The notes beneath the pieces are model-generated. The model saw nothing but the letters and a program-made list of their open reading frames with translations. It made no database searches and was not told the DNA's origin. Of a stretch of 64,000 bases of DNA, positions 39,902-50,369 are shown piece by piece; positions within the stretch are counted from its first letter, which is position 1, and every line of letters begins with the position of its first letter. Origin of the DNA: Desulfatiglandales bacterium (GTDB lineage: Bacteria; Desulfobacterota; DSM-4660; Desulfatiglandales; Desulfatiglandaceae). The translations under genes and the position numbers were made by a program. The stretch is from contig OY762721.1 of assembly GCA_963666345.1 (NCBI GenBank), forward strand, positions 96,001-160,000, written 5' to 3'.

Positions 39902-40816
39902 CTAAAGCTTTAAAAGGGCTTCAAGAAACCCCATGTTTTCGCCTTTTCTTTTAACCGCAAGAAGCGGTATCGAACACTCCTTTATAAGATGCTCGGTAAC
40001 ACTGCCCAACAATACCCCTGCAGCAGCCTTTCTTCCTCTTGAACCTATTACGATAAGGTCAAAATCATCATGATCCAGTATCTCTTCTTCAATACCCTTG
40101 TGCTTCTTACCCTGAAGCCTGAAAAGAGGGATGGGCTTGATGCCTTTCATATCCAGAGATTTTACAAATTGCGCAAACGCATTCTCGGCGTGACCTTTCA
40201 TGATTTCGGCAAATTCTTCATATGATTTTCCCGTCTTATAATAGCCAAGCGGTACATCATAGATATGCAGGCAGTTTATTTCCTTGGTGTCTGAGGCAAG
40301 GGCGAATGCAATGGATACCTCCATGGCATCGCTTGCGTGTTCGGAAAAATCAATCGGCACAAGAATATGTTTGAAATCGGGGTCTATCGCTTCGGGAACC
40401 AGAAGCACGGAACAAGGTGCCTTTCTTGCAAGTTTAGTAAAAAACGACCCTTCACTGCTTTCCCCTGTCCTATGCATAAGTATCAGATCGGTCTCGTCTT
40501 CTTTGGCTCGGCGTAACAGATCTATAAGGGGATGGCCCTCAATCGCATCGAACTCCAGTCTTATGGAGGAGTTGCGCCGGAAGTTTTTTTCTACCAGTTC
40601 CTCAAGCTCGAGTCTTACTGAAAAATCGCATGTCGGGGCCAGTTCAGGATAGTCCCTGAGCAGATCATCAGGAATCTCTTCGCATTTGCTGTCAAGGTAT
40701 AGAAATACGATCTTTTCCGTATCAGCAAGGCGGCTTATCTTTTCCGCGAACCTAATTACAGTTGATTTTTTAGTACCGTAAGGAATTCCCACCAGCAAAC
40801 GCTTATAACGATACAT
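39902..40816 (-). CDS. Tandem-domain universal stress protein
   Basis: KAPCSVLLVP, ILVPIDFS and DLIVIGSRG...LLGSVTE. Confidence 0.9.
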   Translation of the reverse strand: MYRYKRLLVGIPYGTKKSTVIRFAEKISRLADTEKIVFLYLDSKCEEIPDDLLRDYPELAPTCDFSVRLELEELVEKNFRRNSSIRLEFDAIEGHPLIDLLRRAKEDETDLILMHRTGESSEGSFFTKLARKAPCSVLLVPEAIDPDFKHILVPIDFSEHASDAMEVSIAFALASDTKEINCLHIYDVPLGYYKTGKSYEEFAEIMKGHAENAFAQFVKSLDMKGIKPIPLFRLQGKKHKGIEEEILDHDDFDLIVIGSRGRKAAAGVLLGSVTEHLIKECSIPLLAVKRKGENMGFLEALLKL

Positions 40817-40873
40817 AAACTGCTCCTTTCCACATCTTTATCTGAAACCGGTATTATATGAGTGAAAAAAGGC

Positions 40874-40903
40874 TTCTAAAGTGAATTTTCATTCATTTTA
40901 GAA
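40874..40903. promoter_or_regulatory. Inverted repeat upstream of the USP gene
   Basis: TTCTAAAGTGAA-ttttca-TTCATTTTAGAA (11/12 match). Confidence 0.35.
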
Positions 40904-40984
40904 ACATAGGCCAGCCCCTTTATTGTGTCAAGAAAGAAATAAAAAGCTCACTTGAACGCAGCATACAGCTGCGCACCTTCATGC

Positions 40985-41191
40985 TCATGAAAAGGGACTT
41001 GAGGTTGAACAAGAACCTCCGGAAACCCCCTTTGTCGTAGAACCGCTCGAAGTTGAAAAACAGGACAAAACCCGCTCAGAGTCCAACTCTCCGCATTCCG
41101 GACATTTGACACAATTTTCATCACTGCTTCTTATACAGAGAAATTCAAACGTCTTACCGCATTTTTTACATTTGTATTCATATATAGGCAT
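40985..41191 (-). CDS. FmdB-family zinc-ribbon protein (possible Sec extension to 40979)
   Basis: MPIYEYKCKKCG...CPECG with a Ser/Gly-rich tail. Confidence 0.88.
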   Translation of the reverse strand: MPIYEYKCKKCGKTFEFLCIRSSDENCVKCPECGELDSERVLSCFSTSSGSTTKGVSGGSCSTSSPFS

Positions 41192-41321
41192 TGTTTTCCC
41201 CCTAAGCCTCTCCCATATTTAATTTTGCGGGAATAAATTTAATATGTAAATCTGTACAGTTTTCTGAAAAGGATAATACATGTATAAAGATAATCAAACA
41301 AGGGGTCAAACAAATTCCAGG

Positions 41322-42596
41322 CTAACCCTTCAAAAGGCGGGGCAGAAACAGGCTGAGACCCGGCCAGTAAGTTATCACGATAAGGGCTGCAATAAGTAGA
41401 ATCAGGAAGGGTATTGTCGCCCTGTACAGCTGAAGCACAGGCCTTTGGAATCTTGAACTTGCGATAAAGAGATTCAGCCCCACAGGAGGTGTATTATATC
41501 CTATACCCAAATTCGCCAGAAACAGTACCCCGAGATGGACCGGATCTATGCCGAAACGACTGGCAACTGGAACTATCAGGGGTACGACAACCAGTATGGC
41601 ACTGAAGATGTCCATCATGCATCCAACCAGGATAAGAAAAACATTCAAGACAAGGAGAAAACCTATCTTTGTGGTTACAACACCTTCCATTAACTTCAAT
41701 ATCTTCATCGGGATAAAGGCGTCCACCATGTAATTGGTAAGGCCTAAAGCCGCTCCCAGTATTATCAAAATTCCGCCCGTCATCTTGGTGCTTTCCTTCA
41801 TTATTCGCGGAAGATCCCTTGAAAAGGATATTTCACGAAAAATGAGCAGCTTTATGAAAAGCACATATACTACCGTCAGGGCGGCCGCCTCGGTGGCAGT
41901 GCAGAAGCCTGTGTATATACCTGCAATTATTAGAAGGGGAATAGGCGTTTCCCATGCCGAACCTTTCAGAGAACTGGAAAACTCCCTCACAGAGAAACTG
42001 GGCCTTTCGATTTTCCATCTTCTACCCATATAAACGGAAAACATGCAGAGGACCCCTATCATAAGTGTCCCTGGCAAAAGACCGGCGACAAACAGATCCT
42101 TTATGCTCGTGCCTGAAACAAAACCGTATAAAATTACGGGCAGACTTGGTGGAAAATGCAGCCCGAGGCTGCCGGAGGAGGTCATAAGGCCCAGGGAAAA
42201 GTCCTCACTGTAGCCTTCTGAAATCAGAGAGGGGAACAGCAGGCCTCCAAGCGCTATTATGGTTACTCCGGTTGCCCCTGTTATAGCCGTAAAAAAGGCA
42301 CAGGAAACAAGTGCAACGATTCCGAACCCACCGGGTATCCAACCAAAGAGACTCTTTGAAAACCTGACCAGTCGCTTTGAGGTACCCCCCTCGGATAAAA
42401 GATAGCCTGCGAATGTAAAAAGAGGAACCGCCAGGAGGACAGGGGAGTTTGCAAGACGGCAGAGCTCAATCGGGATAGCGGCAAAATCGATATTGCTGGT
42501 GGTGAGACCCAGCATCGTTGCTGCCAGGATAGCTATGAAAAGCGGCAGCCCGAAAAGAGTCAGGGCTATGAGAATTAAGGCAGAAGCAGTGATCAT
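41322..42596 (-). CDS. dctM: TRAP (TPAT) large permease DctM
   Basis: LAVPLF, SGSLGLHFPPSLP, TATEAA and TPPVGLNLF. Confidence 0.9.
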   Translation of the reverse strand: MITASALILIALTLFGLPLFIAILAATMLGLTTSNIDFAAIPIELCRLANSPVLLAVPLFTFAGYLLSEGGTSKRLVRFSKSLFGWIPGGFGIVALVSCAFFTAITGATGVTIIALGGLLFPSLISEGYSEDFSLGLMTSSGSLGLHFPPSLPVILYGFVSGTSIKDLFVAGLLPGTLMIGVLCMFSVYMGRRWKIERPSFSVREFSSSLKGSAWETPIPLLIIAGIYTGFCTATEAAALTVVYVLFIKLLIFREISFSRDLPRIMKESTKMTGGILIILGAALGLTNYMVDAFIPMKILKLMEGVVTTKIGFLLVLNVFLILVGCMMDIFSAILVVVPLIVPVASRFGIDPVHLGVLFLANLGIGYNTPPVGLNLFIASSRFQRPVLQLYRATIPFLILLIAALIVITYWPGLSLFLPRLLKG

Positions 42597-43159
42597 CGCC
42601 TGATTTCCTTCGTAAGTTCTATGGCGCTATTTGCGCCCATAATGACAAAACGGAAAAGGATTGAGCCGAACCCTACAGGAAGTATTATCTGCCCTATCCA
42701 TGAAGGAATATTTAAAAACAGCTCCCCTCCAAATTCCATTTCAAGAAATATGTAACCTATGCAAACCTTCAGCATTACGACGCAAATAACTATACAGAAA
42801 AGGCTTATAACCATTTCCCTAAAGGAATTCCATTTACCTTTTTTGGATGCGGAAAAAAGATCTATCTTTATATGCCCGTTATCGGAGGTAAGGAGTGAGG
42901 CTCCGACAAAGGAAAGCCATAGCACAAGAAGCCTCACAAGTGTGTCTGACCATTCCATATTGCCCATTAGGATGTTTGCCCATTTTATATGCAGGTGTGT
43001 GTAGATGGCACGGAGCATAATCCGGCAAAAGGTGAAGAAAACCATCATCCCCAGCATTACGTAAACAAGCCACCCCTCAATAGATTGAAACAGCCTGTCG
43101 GCAGCCCGGAGCCTTCTGGTTATTTCATTTACTGTCAGCCCATCTATCTCACTGGTCAC
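42593..43159 (-). CDS. dctQ: TRAP (TPAT) small permease DctQ
   Basis: LVLWLSFVGASL...HIKID, four TM helices; start set to the GTG overlapping the dctP stop. Confidence 0.85.
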   Translation of the reverse strand: MTSEIDGLTVNEITRRLRAADRLFQSIEGWLVYVMLGMMVFFTFCRIMLRAIYTHLHIKWANILMGNMEWSDTLVRLLVLWLSFVGASLLTSDNGHIKIDLFSASKKGKWNSFREMVISLFCIVICVVMLKVCIGYIFLEMEFGGELFLNIPSWIGQIILPVGFGSILFRFVIMGANSAIELTKEIRR

Positions 43160-44198
43160 AATAGCCGGAGGCCTCTGTTCTAGGTCGATCAAGTATATTA
43201 TAAACGCGTTCAAGAAGACTTTTCGGGAAAAACCTTTCTGAAAGATCCGACGCCACCATTTTATGTAGATCAAAAAACCTCTGAAGCTCTTTGCCTTTCG
43301 GTTTAGGTGTGACAATAAAGTCTTTTTGCTTGATCAATTCGATGATCTCCCTTGTCTGAGTCCTAAGCTCCGAGGTGAGTCGAGCCATGGCAGAATCGAA
43401 TCCCTGTTTAAGCATAGGCTTAAGCTCTTCAGGCAGTCGGCTGAAGAATCTGGAGGATAGAAGCACCGCACCGGTCGAATGGGATAGTGGGAGGGCCATC
43501 ATAAATTTCATCTGGCAATGCCACTGAAGGGCGATTGCACCCAGTGGAGGGGCATAAACCGTGTCCACCATGCCTCTGTTTATTGCCGTGGTTACGTCGG
43601 TGATTGCCAGAAAAATGGGATTTATGCCCATCGAGTTGAAGGTCGCCTTTGCTACCGGATCATTTGACCATGCCCATACCTTACGTTTAGAAAGGTCTTC
43701 GACCCTGTCAATCCTTTTTTTGGAAAAGAGGTGCACGTCCCCGACCTCCGCCCATGAAAGGAGTTCAAATCCTTTTTCTCGAAATTGCTTTTCAAAAAAA
43801 GGGCGCAAGGCCTTTTGCAATCGGTCGATTTCCTCGTCACTCCTGGTAAGAAACGGCAGGTCAAGCACTCTGACCAACGGCAAAACTCTTCCGAATCCTA
43901 CTCCCGAAAACGCGGCACAGTTCAATTGACCGATTCTGATTTTTTTGAGGACATCAAGTTCATCTCCTGCTATGCCTCCGGCGTATATCCTGAATCCCAG
44001 TCTGTTGTCGCTCTTTGACCTTAAGTCCTTGTCAAGCAATTTCATATGTCTGATCCAGGTCGACCCATCAGGAGCTACGGTTGCAAACTTTATGAGATAT
44101 TGGGGGTTGGCCTCTGATTTCTCAGGGAACAACAAATAAAGAAAAACCGTCATTAATATTAGGATTGAACCGAATGATATTGTTCCTTTTCTGATCAA
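43149..44198 (-). CDS. dctP: TRAP (TPAT) substrate-binding protein (TatP_T/DctP-like)
   Basis: IKFATVAPDGSTW and GGIAGDE; KVWAW replaces the carboxylate-binding Arg motif. TTG start after AGGAGG. Confidence 0.87.
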   Translation of the reverse strand: MIRKGTISFGSILILMTVFLYLLFPEKSEANPQYLIKFATVAPDGSTWIRHMKLLDKDLRSKSDNRLGFRIYAGGIAGDELDVLKKIRIGQLNCAAFSGVGFGRVLPLVRVLDLPFLTRSDEEIDRLQKALRPFFEKQFREKGFELLSWAEVGDVHLFSKKRIDRVEDLSKRKVWAWSNDPVAKATFNSMGINPIFLAITDVTTAINRGMVDTVYAPPLGAIALQWHCQMKFMMALPLSHSTGAVLLSSRFFSRLPEELKPMLKQGFDSAMARLTSELRTQTREIIELIKQKDFIVTPKPKGKELQRFFDLHKMVASDLSERFFPKSLLERVYNILDRPRTEASGYCDQ

Positions 44199-44208
44199 GA
44201 CATTCCTC

Positions 44209-45087
44209 CTAATAAAAAAGCTCATCCGTTATTTGTCTAAGCCTCAAAATCCTCTTCTGTATCATCGCGTTTAGGATGCAGGCATCTTTTATCTCTGACG
44301 GGTCTTTTTGTGTTACCTCGTCAATCAGATTTAAAAACAGCGTCTTATCCTGGATTCTTACTGCGTAGTACCTGGCATAGTAATAGTGAGCGAGAAAAAA
44401 TTTTCTATGGCTCTGTGAAAGAGCCTCTTCAAAGTAGGACTTCGCTCGGTCAGGGTCGCCTCCCAGAAGAGGGGGTTTTGCGGCAAACATTGTGCCGGCA
44501 ATGATCCTCGGGGTTGAATGGAAATGGGACGGGTCAATATCCAAAACCTTCTTAAGGAGCAATTCGGCCACAGGGATTTGAACCAGTGCCCTTGGATTGT
44601 CAAGATTTAGGTTTACCCAGCAATTCCACGCTAGAGAGGTCCAGAAAATGGTGTCCAACTCGTCCCCTGAGAGATATCTGGATTTTCTTTTTATTTCAGA
44701 TAATATGATGTCATCCTTATCAGAGAAAACACCAGGGCCAAAGAGTGCCGTCAGACCATAATTCCTTGCCCTGACATAGATAGAGGAAATCCTGGAACAT
44801 TCCTTTTCCTCGTCGCAAAAGAGCATTCCGTAGCCGGTAAAGCCCATGCATAGGCCCTTTAAGACATCTCTGTTACCGGGATCTTGTTTTAAAATACCCT
44901 CGAGCAGCTTCAGGTTTGAAGGAAGTGACTGCCTTGCAAGTTCAAGGTCGCATTCCTCAAAAAAGGACCCTGTTATATTATGGATAAGGGATGAAGAAGA
45001 TCTGATGGCAAGTCTAGTACACCCCCCATGGATAATGGCGATTAGGAAAATGGGAAGCATTGCTTTGGATATTAGCTTACTACGCAT
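44209..45087 (-). CDS. TatT-family TPR-like lipoprotein of a TPAT system
   Basis: Lipobox-like HGGC, DLELARQSLPSNLKLLE, YVRARNYG and PPLLGGDPDRAKSYFEEA. Confidence 0.85.
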   Translation of the reverse strand: MRSKLISKAMLPIFLIAIIHGGCTRLAIRSSSSLIHNITGSFFEECDLELARQSLPSNLKLLEGILKQDPGNRDVLKGLCMGFTGYGMLFCDEEKECSRISSIYVRARNYGLTALFGPGVFSDKDDIILSEIKRKSRYLSGDELDTIFWTSLAWNCWVNLNLDNPRALVQIPVAELLLKKVLDIDPSHFHSTPRIIAGTMFAAKPPLLGGDPDRAKSYFEEALSQSHRKFFLAHYYYARYYAVRIQDKTLFLNLIDEVTQKDPSEIKDACILNAMIQKRILRLRQITDELFY

Positions 45088-45275
45088 TTATTGCCTCCTG
45101 ATCTACGCCTGCCTGGGTGAGGTATCAGCCCCGGGCTTGTTCAACCCGGGAAAGATGACTCAAGGACTCTATCGGTTCGCACCGGTGCAATTAAAAATGG
45201 CCTCCTTTTTTTTAGAACCATTTAAGACCAACCGATAAGTGGACGGGACGAAACCATCAGCAGAACACAGTGAAT

Positions 45276-46502
45276 CTAGTAGCCTATGAAGGGGTCGTAT
45301 TTTTCAGGCCTTTTTTCCAGCAGTTTTTTCGCCAGAAACTGGGCACCGGCTCCGTTTTCCATATCCGCCACCTGCCTGTAATAATCACAGGCCCTATCCC
45401 TTTTACCTTCAAAATCAAATGACATGCCTATCTTTATGATAGGCCATGCGATCATCAAAGGATCGTTTTCAGGGTCGCTCTCATCCAGGATTGAATATAG
45501 TTTGGCTCTGGCCTTCCGGTAGGAACCGGAGAAGAGATCCTCTATCGACTCCAGGTAAAGTGCACGTTTCAGCCATGGTAATGATTTATACCGTGCAGTC
45601 TCCTCTTTGCCTCTGTCCCGGAAATAAGAGACGACCTCTCGGTAGCCTTTCCTTTCCCCGATACGCAACAGCGTGACTCCTTTAAGGACCTGATATCTGA
45701 GGTTTTCAGGATATCTGTCCGAAAGAAAATTGGCAAGCACAAGAGCCTTTTGCAGGTCTTCTTCGAGAAAAAGATAGATGTGGAGCAATACGCTTTTTGC
45801 CTCTGTTCTGCAATAGCGCGCCTTGGCGGCGGCGATATTTAGTTCCTTTAACCCCTCTTCTTTTCCGCCCTTCCTTATAAGCAGGTATGAAATAAACTTT
45901 AATACACCTGAAAGCCTTGCAGTGTAATAATCAAACATACCTAACCCCAGAAGGACATCGCTGTCTGAAGGATCCATGGACCGGCAGGTCTTTAAGGCCT
46001 CAACCGCGTCTAGGGCAAGGAAAAAGGCGGAAATCCATTTACCCTTCATCAATTCAAGGCGGCCTTTGAAACCGAGGGCGCCTCCCAGGTAGAGGTAATC
46101 ATGCTTGTCGCCGCCGCTTACCTCTATTCGAGATTTTGCTATATCGATTGTCTTGCCTATGCGTTTTTCATATTCTGCCGAGTTTTGCTTTGTCCAGAAA
46201 CCGTTTGCCATACGGGACCAACTGACCATGGACAAGTAGAAATAGCCGATCGGACTTTCGGGGAGGACCTCTATCGTATTTCTAAAGACAGCATCCGCCT
46301 TAACGAATTCCATATTGTAAAGGCCGTCGATCCCAATTTGTATATCTTCCCTTTCAGATAATCTATCGGGCCGATCGTTGCCTTCCGAGGCCATGCTGCG
46401 TTGCATCAAAAAGAAAATTATGGTGAATGATATAAGAAAAGTTAGTATAAACGTCCAAGGCACATGGGAAACCTGAATGCTCGAAGAATAGTTCGGCCTC
46501 AT
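45276..46502 (-). CDS. Exported TPR-repeat protein
   Basis: N-terminal hydrophobic segment and TPR-like helices (DVLLGLGMFDYY). Start uncertain. Confidence 0.7.
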   Translation of the reverse strand: MRPNYSSSIQVSHVPWTFILTFLISFTIIFFLMQRSMASEGNDRPDRLSEREDIQIGIDGLYNMEFVKADAVFRNTIEVLPESPIGYFYLSMVSWSRMANGFWTKQNSAEYEKRIGKTIDIAKSRIEVSGGDKHDYLYLGGALGFKGRLELMKGKWISAFFLALDAVEALKTCRSMDPSDSDVLLGLGMFDYYTARLSGVLKFISYLLIRKGGKEEGLKELNIAAAKARYCRTEAKSVLLHIYLFLEEDLQKALVLANFLSDRYPENLRYQVLKGVTLLRIGERKGYREVVSYFRDRGKEETARYKSLPWLKRALYLESIEDLFSGSYRKARAKLYSILDESDPENDPLMIAWPIIKIGMSFDFEGKRDRACDYYRQVADMENGAGAQFLAKKLLEKRPEKYDPFIGY

Positions 46503-46867
46503 CGTTTGCTTTTTATCAATCCTTGGAATATCTGGCCTTATCCCCGGCACAGGGAACCTCCTGGAAAATTTTATCAAAAACCAGATAAGTTGATTTTCTA
46601 AATTTTTTACTTAATTTATAACGCTACAAAAAGGGCCGGTTTTAGGCAAGAAAGAATTCGAGCCCATACGAATAGATGTTTGAGTAAAAAGCTAACTCGA
46701 AGAATTTGTTGCTATTTTATCAAAATATGTTATGCTGTTTGATTATTGTTGTTTCTAACTTTCCTTTTGTACGAGGTTCTGATTTATCTTTTTTGTTTTT
46801 AGATAATATATGGAAAAATTTTGTTTGTATAGAATATTGCATATAAACAACCGGGGGACAGTAAAAC

Positions 46868-47761
46868 ATGAAAATATTGATAGTTGGCGGAACAGGGATG
46901 CTGGGAAGTGACTGCATGGAAATATTCAGTAGAGACTGTGAAGTTATCGCTCCAACCAGCAGTGAGATGGATATAATAAGCTGGGACGGGGTAATAGAAA
47001 CACTTCAGGATCTTACACCTGAAGTCGTTTTGAACTGCGCGGGATTTAATGATGTAGATGCATGCGAAACAGAGGATTTCAAGGTAAAGAAGCTGAATGT
47101 GGAAGGACCCAGGAACCTTGCCCAATGCTCAGCCAGATTTGAGTGCAGGCTTGTGCATATCTCCAGCGATTATGTTTTTGATGGTCAGAAGATGCTTCCA
47201 CAACCATATTTTGAAGATGACTTTACTAATCCTGTTTCAGCATATGGCAAAAGCAAGAGAGACAGTGAAGTAGCAGTAAGAGACAACTCTCCCAATTATA
47301 TGTTGGTGCGAACCTCGTGGCTTTACGGAAAAAACGGGAAAAACTTCATAAAGTCTATAGTTTCAAAAGCCGTCAATGAAAAAAACAACGTCTTAAAGGT
47401 CGTCAATGATCAGTTCGGGGCACCTACCTGGACCTATCGTCTGGCTCTACAGATAAAGGAAATGTTGCTGCGTGACTGCAGGGGCACATACCATGCCACA
47501 TCGGAAGGCTTTTGCAGTTTCTATGACTATGCCAAGCATATCCTTGATAAACTGAATATTAAGGCAGTTGTCGAACCATGCAAGATGAAAGACCTGGACA
47601 GGCCAGCAGCAAGACCTGCAAACTGCATCCTAGAAAACCGGCGGCTAAAAAAACGTGGGATAAATATGCTTCCCGACTGGAAGGAAGATCTTGATGAATT
47701 TTTGAAAAAGTGGGGAGAAAATATCATAAAAGAAGCGGAATCTCAAAAATACCGAAAATAA
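46868..47761 (+). CDS. rfbD: dTDP-4-dehydrorhamnose reductase
   Basis: GGTGMLG, SSDYVFDG, YGKSK, RTSWLYG, DQFGAPT and PAARP. Confidence 0.92.
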   Translation: MKILIVGGTGMLGSDCMEIFSRDCEVIAPTSSEMDIISWDGVIETLQDLTPEVVLNCAGFNDVDACETEDFKVKKLNVEGPRNLAQCSARFECRLVHISSDYVFDGQKMLPQPYFEDDFTNPVSAYGKSKRDSEVAVRDNSPNYMLVRTSWLYGKNGKNFIKSIVSKAVNEKNNVLKVVNDQFGAPTWTYRLALQIKEMLLRDCRGTYHATSEGFCSFYDYAKHILDKLNIKAVVEPCKMKDLDRPAARPANCILENRRLKKRGINMLPDWKEDLDEFLKKWGENIIKEAESQKYRK

Positions 47762-47776
47762 TTCAAGAGCAAGGGC

Positions 47777-48190
47777 ATGCGCATACTATTAATAATAATA
47801 GCCCTAGCCTATGTAATAAGCCCCTATGACCTGGTCCCCGATTTTTTTCTCGGCCCCGGATGGATTGACGACCTGCTATTGGTGGCAGGTCTTTGGTGGT
47901 ATATAGGCAGATTAAAAAAAACCGTTCGCTTCAAAACGGAGAATCAAGACTCATCCCACAGCTCTTTTGAAGCTGGGGTTGGTTACCGCGCTTCCCCCAC
48001 CCTCTCTCCGTATGAGATCCTGGGTGTTGATAAAAACGCCACACAGGAGCAGATAAAAATCGCATACAGGAGCCTAGCAGAGAAGTATCATCCGGACAAG
48101 GTCAACCACCTGGGGGATGAGTTCAAGGATCTTGCCGAGATACGCTTTAAGGAAATACAGAATGCCTATCAGGAACTCAAGATCAGATAG
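47777..48190 (+). CDS. DUF1232 (YkvA) + DnaJ J-domain protein
   Basis: [24 protein letters not shown]...YHPDK. Confidence 0.88.
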   Translation: MRILLIIIALAYVISPYDLVPDFFLGPGWIDDLLLVAGLWWYIGRLKKTVRFKTENQDSSHSSFEAGVGYRASPTLSPYEILGVDKNATQEQIKIAYRSLAEKYHPDKVNHLGDEFKDLAEIRFKEIQNAYQELKIR

Positions 48191-50099
48191 AGCGACCTAG
48201 GACAGCCCCTTCATAGATGGCGGCCTTCGCGCTCCTCGGCTTAAGGCAGTCTCCTATCTGATGGATTTCAATTCCCAGCCCTGAAACCTTGTCATACAGC
48301 CTACTGTCCGGTTTGCTGCCAGCTGCAAAAACAACCACGTCAGCTTCGATAAATACCTCATTCTTACTCCTGTCAACGGCAATCACACCATCTTCTTCAA
48401 ACCTTAAGGGCGAATAACCGGTCAGCAGGGCAGCCCCATACTCCTTTATCTTTCTTAAAAGGACCTTCTTGGTCATGCTTTCAAGCCCCCTGCCGATGTT
48501 CGGGAGCATTTCAATTACTGAAACCGTACTTCCATGTTCACAGAGATGAAGGGCCACTTCACAGCCGGTGGCGCCCCCGCCTATTATGACGCTTTTCCTG
48601 GCAGGAGGACTGTCTCCATTCAATATTTCGTTAAATGTTGCGACATGAATTCTGTCGAGGCCTTCGACGCTTGGAATATAGGGGACCGACCCGGTGGCCA
48701 GGATCAGCGCATCGGGATCGAAATCTCTTATTACGTTCTCATCGACCTCTTGTCCAAAATGACAGGTCACTTCATATCTGTTTATCTGAGTCTTTTGAAA
48801 TCTGATCAGGTTCAGGAGTTCTTTCTTATATGTGGTGGCACTGCCTATTATAAGCTGTCCACCCAATTTTGACTGTCTTTCAAACAGATGGACTTCATGG
48901 CCCCGGCTTGCTGCAACCCAGGCGACATTAAGGCCCCCCGGCCCCCCACCTACGACCATGATCTTCTTGGAAACGGCAGCCGGTCTTATTGTCATTTCCT
49001 GCTCTCTTCCCAGACTGGGATTCACAAGGCATTCAACGCGACCCTTGCGAAAGATTGACTCCATACAGGTGTTGCAGGCAATGCACATCCTGATGTCGCC
49101 AAAGCGTCCCGCTTTCGCCTTTACAGGCAGCTCGGGGTCGGCAAGCAGGCCCCTTCCGATACAGACGAGATCAGCTTTCCCTTTCGCTATTATATCCTCG
49201 GCAACAATGGGATCATTGATCCTGCCGACCGCCATCACAGGTGTGCCCAATGCCCTCCTTATCCTCTCAGCCGAATCTGCCAGACAGGCCTTTTTCATAA
49301 ACATGGGCTGGCTTATCCACTCAGGTGTAGCGTCGTTTCCGGCCGAAACCTGAACTATATCAACCCCTTCATCCACTAGGATCTTTAGGATTTCTATGCT
49401 CTGCTCGACATCAAGGCCGTTTTCAACGAATTCCTGGGCACTTATCTTGAAGGAAAGCGGAAAATCAGCACCCAGACGCCTTTTTATTTCTATCACTATC
49501 TCCTTTGCAAAACGGGTTCGCCCGGCAATGTCTCCCCCGTATTCATCCTCCCTGATATTGGAAAAACCTGAAAGAAACTGGTTTACAAGATACCCGTGAG
49601 CCCCATGTATCTCTACCAGTTCAAAGCCGGCATCACGCGCCCTAACAGCTGCCTTTCCAAACTTTTTGACAAGATCTTTAATCTTTTCTATGGACAGCGG
49701 CTCAACCGCTCCTCTGATGGAGGGACAGCGAAGAGGGGAGGGCGCCAGAGGTTTTTGTTTGATTACCCTGGAGGAAGTCTGCCTGCCCCCGTGATGAATC
49801 TGAATGCCGGGCACGCAGCCTTCTAACCTCATAGCCTGTGCTATTTTTGACAAGCCTTCCATGAATCGGTCGTCATCAATCCTTGCCTGATGGGGTGATA
49901 CCACACCCTCTGGAGAAACAGAGCATGCCTCTACAATGACCATTGCAGGTCCGCCTGCCGCCCTGCGTCTGTAATGCTCTATGGTGCGTTCGGTAACAGT
50001 TCCGCCGTCCTCAATGAGAAATGAGGCAAGGCCCGGCATAACTATCCTGTTTTTCAGTTTGCAACCTTTTATGTCATACTCTGAAAAAAGATGTCTCAT
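48183..50099 (-). CDS. NADH:flavin oxidoreductase (FadH/BaiCD-like) with 4Fe-4S and FAD domains
   Basis: HGAHGYL, REDEYGG, CIACNTC...C, GGGPGG and GGGATG. Confidence 0.9.
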   Translation of the reverse strand: MRHLFSEYDIKGCKLKNRIVMPGLASFLIEDGGTVTERTIEHYRRRAAGGPAMVIVEACSVSPEGVVSPHQARIDDDRFMEGLSKIAQAMRLEGCVPGIQIHHGGRQTSSRVIKQKPLAPSPLRCPSIRGAVEPLSIEKIKDLVKKFGKAAVRARDAGFELVEIHGAHGYLVNQFLSGFSNIREDEYGGDIAGRTRFAKEIVIEIKRRLGADFPLSFKISAQEFVENGLDVEQSIEILKILVDEGVDIVQVSAGNDATPEWISQPMFMKKACLADSAERIRRALGTPVMAVGRINDPIVAEDIIAKGKADLVCIGRGLLADPELPVKAKAGRFGDIRMCIACNTCMESIFRKGRVECLVNPSLGREQEMTIRPAAVSKKIMVVGGGPGGLNVAWVAASRGHEVHLFERQSKLGGQLIIGSATTYKKELLNLIRFQKTQINRYEVTCHFGQEVDENVIRDFDPDALILATGSVPYIPSVEGLDRIHVATFNEILNGDSPPARKSVIIGGGATGCEVALHLCEHGSTVSVIEMLPNIGRGLESMTKKVLLRKIKEYGAALLTGYSPLRFEEDGVIAVDRSKNEVFIEADVVVFAAGSKPDSRLYDKVSGLGIEIHQIGDCLKPRSAKAAIYEGAVLGRSI

Positions 50100-50369
50100 G
50101 ATTAGAAATACCCTGTTTTTATTGTTGGCAAAAAAATATAAAAATGTGAACAATCTTTGTCAATAAAAAAGGTATTCCTCATATGAAATCTAATTTTCGA
50201 TAAATATAAGATAATTGATAATAAAATAGTGATAAATCTAAATGAAACTTTGCTTTAGTATAGGTAGGAAAACAATCAATCAGGGCAGGTTCTATACGCT
50301 GAAGGCGTATGGAGCGACTTGTCTTAGACAGTTTGGCAGGGGTGATGAACAACCGATCTGATCTGGTAA

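Noticed and set aside
45129..45151. CCCGGGCTTGTTCAACCCGGG hairpin upstream of the TatT gene as a riboswitch
   Set aside because: A single hairpin with no aptamer consensus I recognise.
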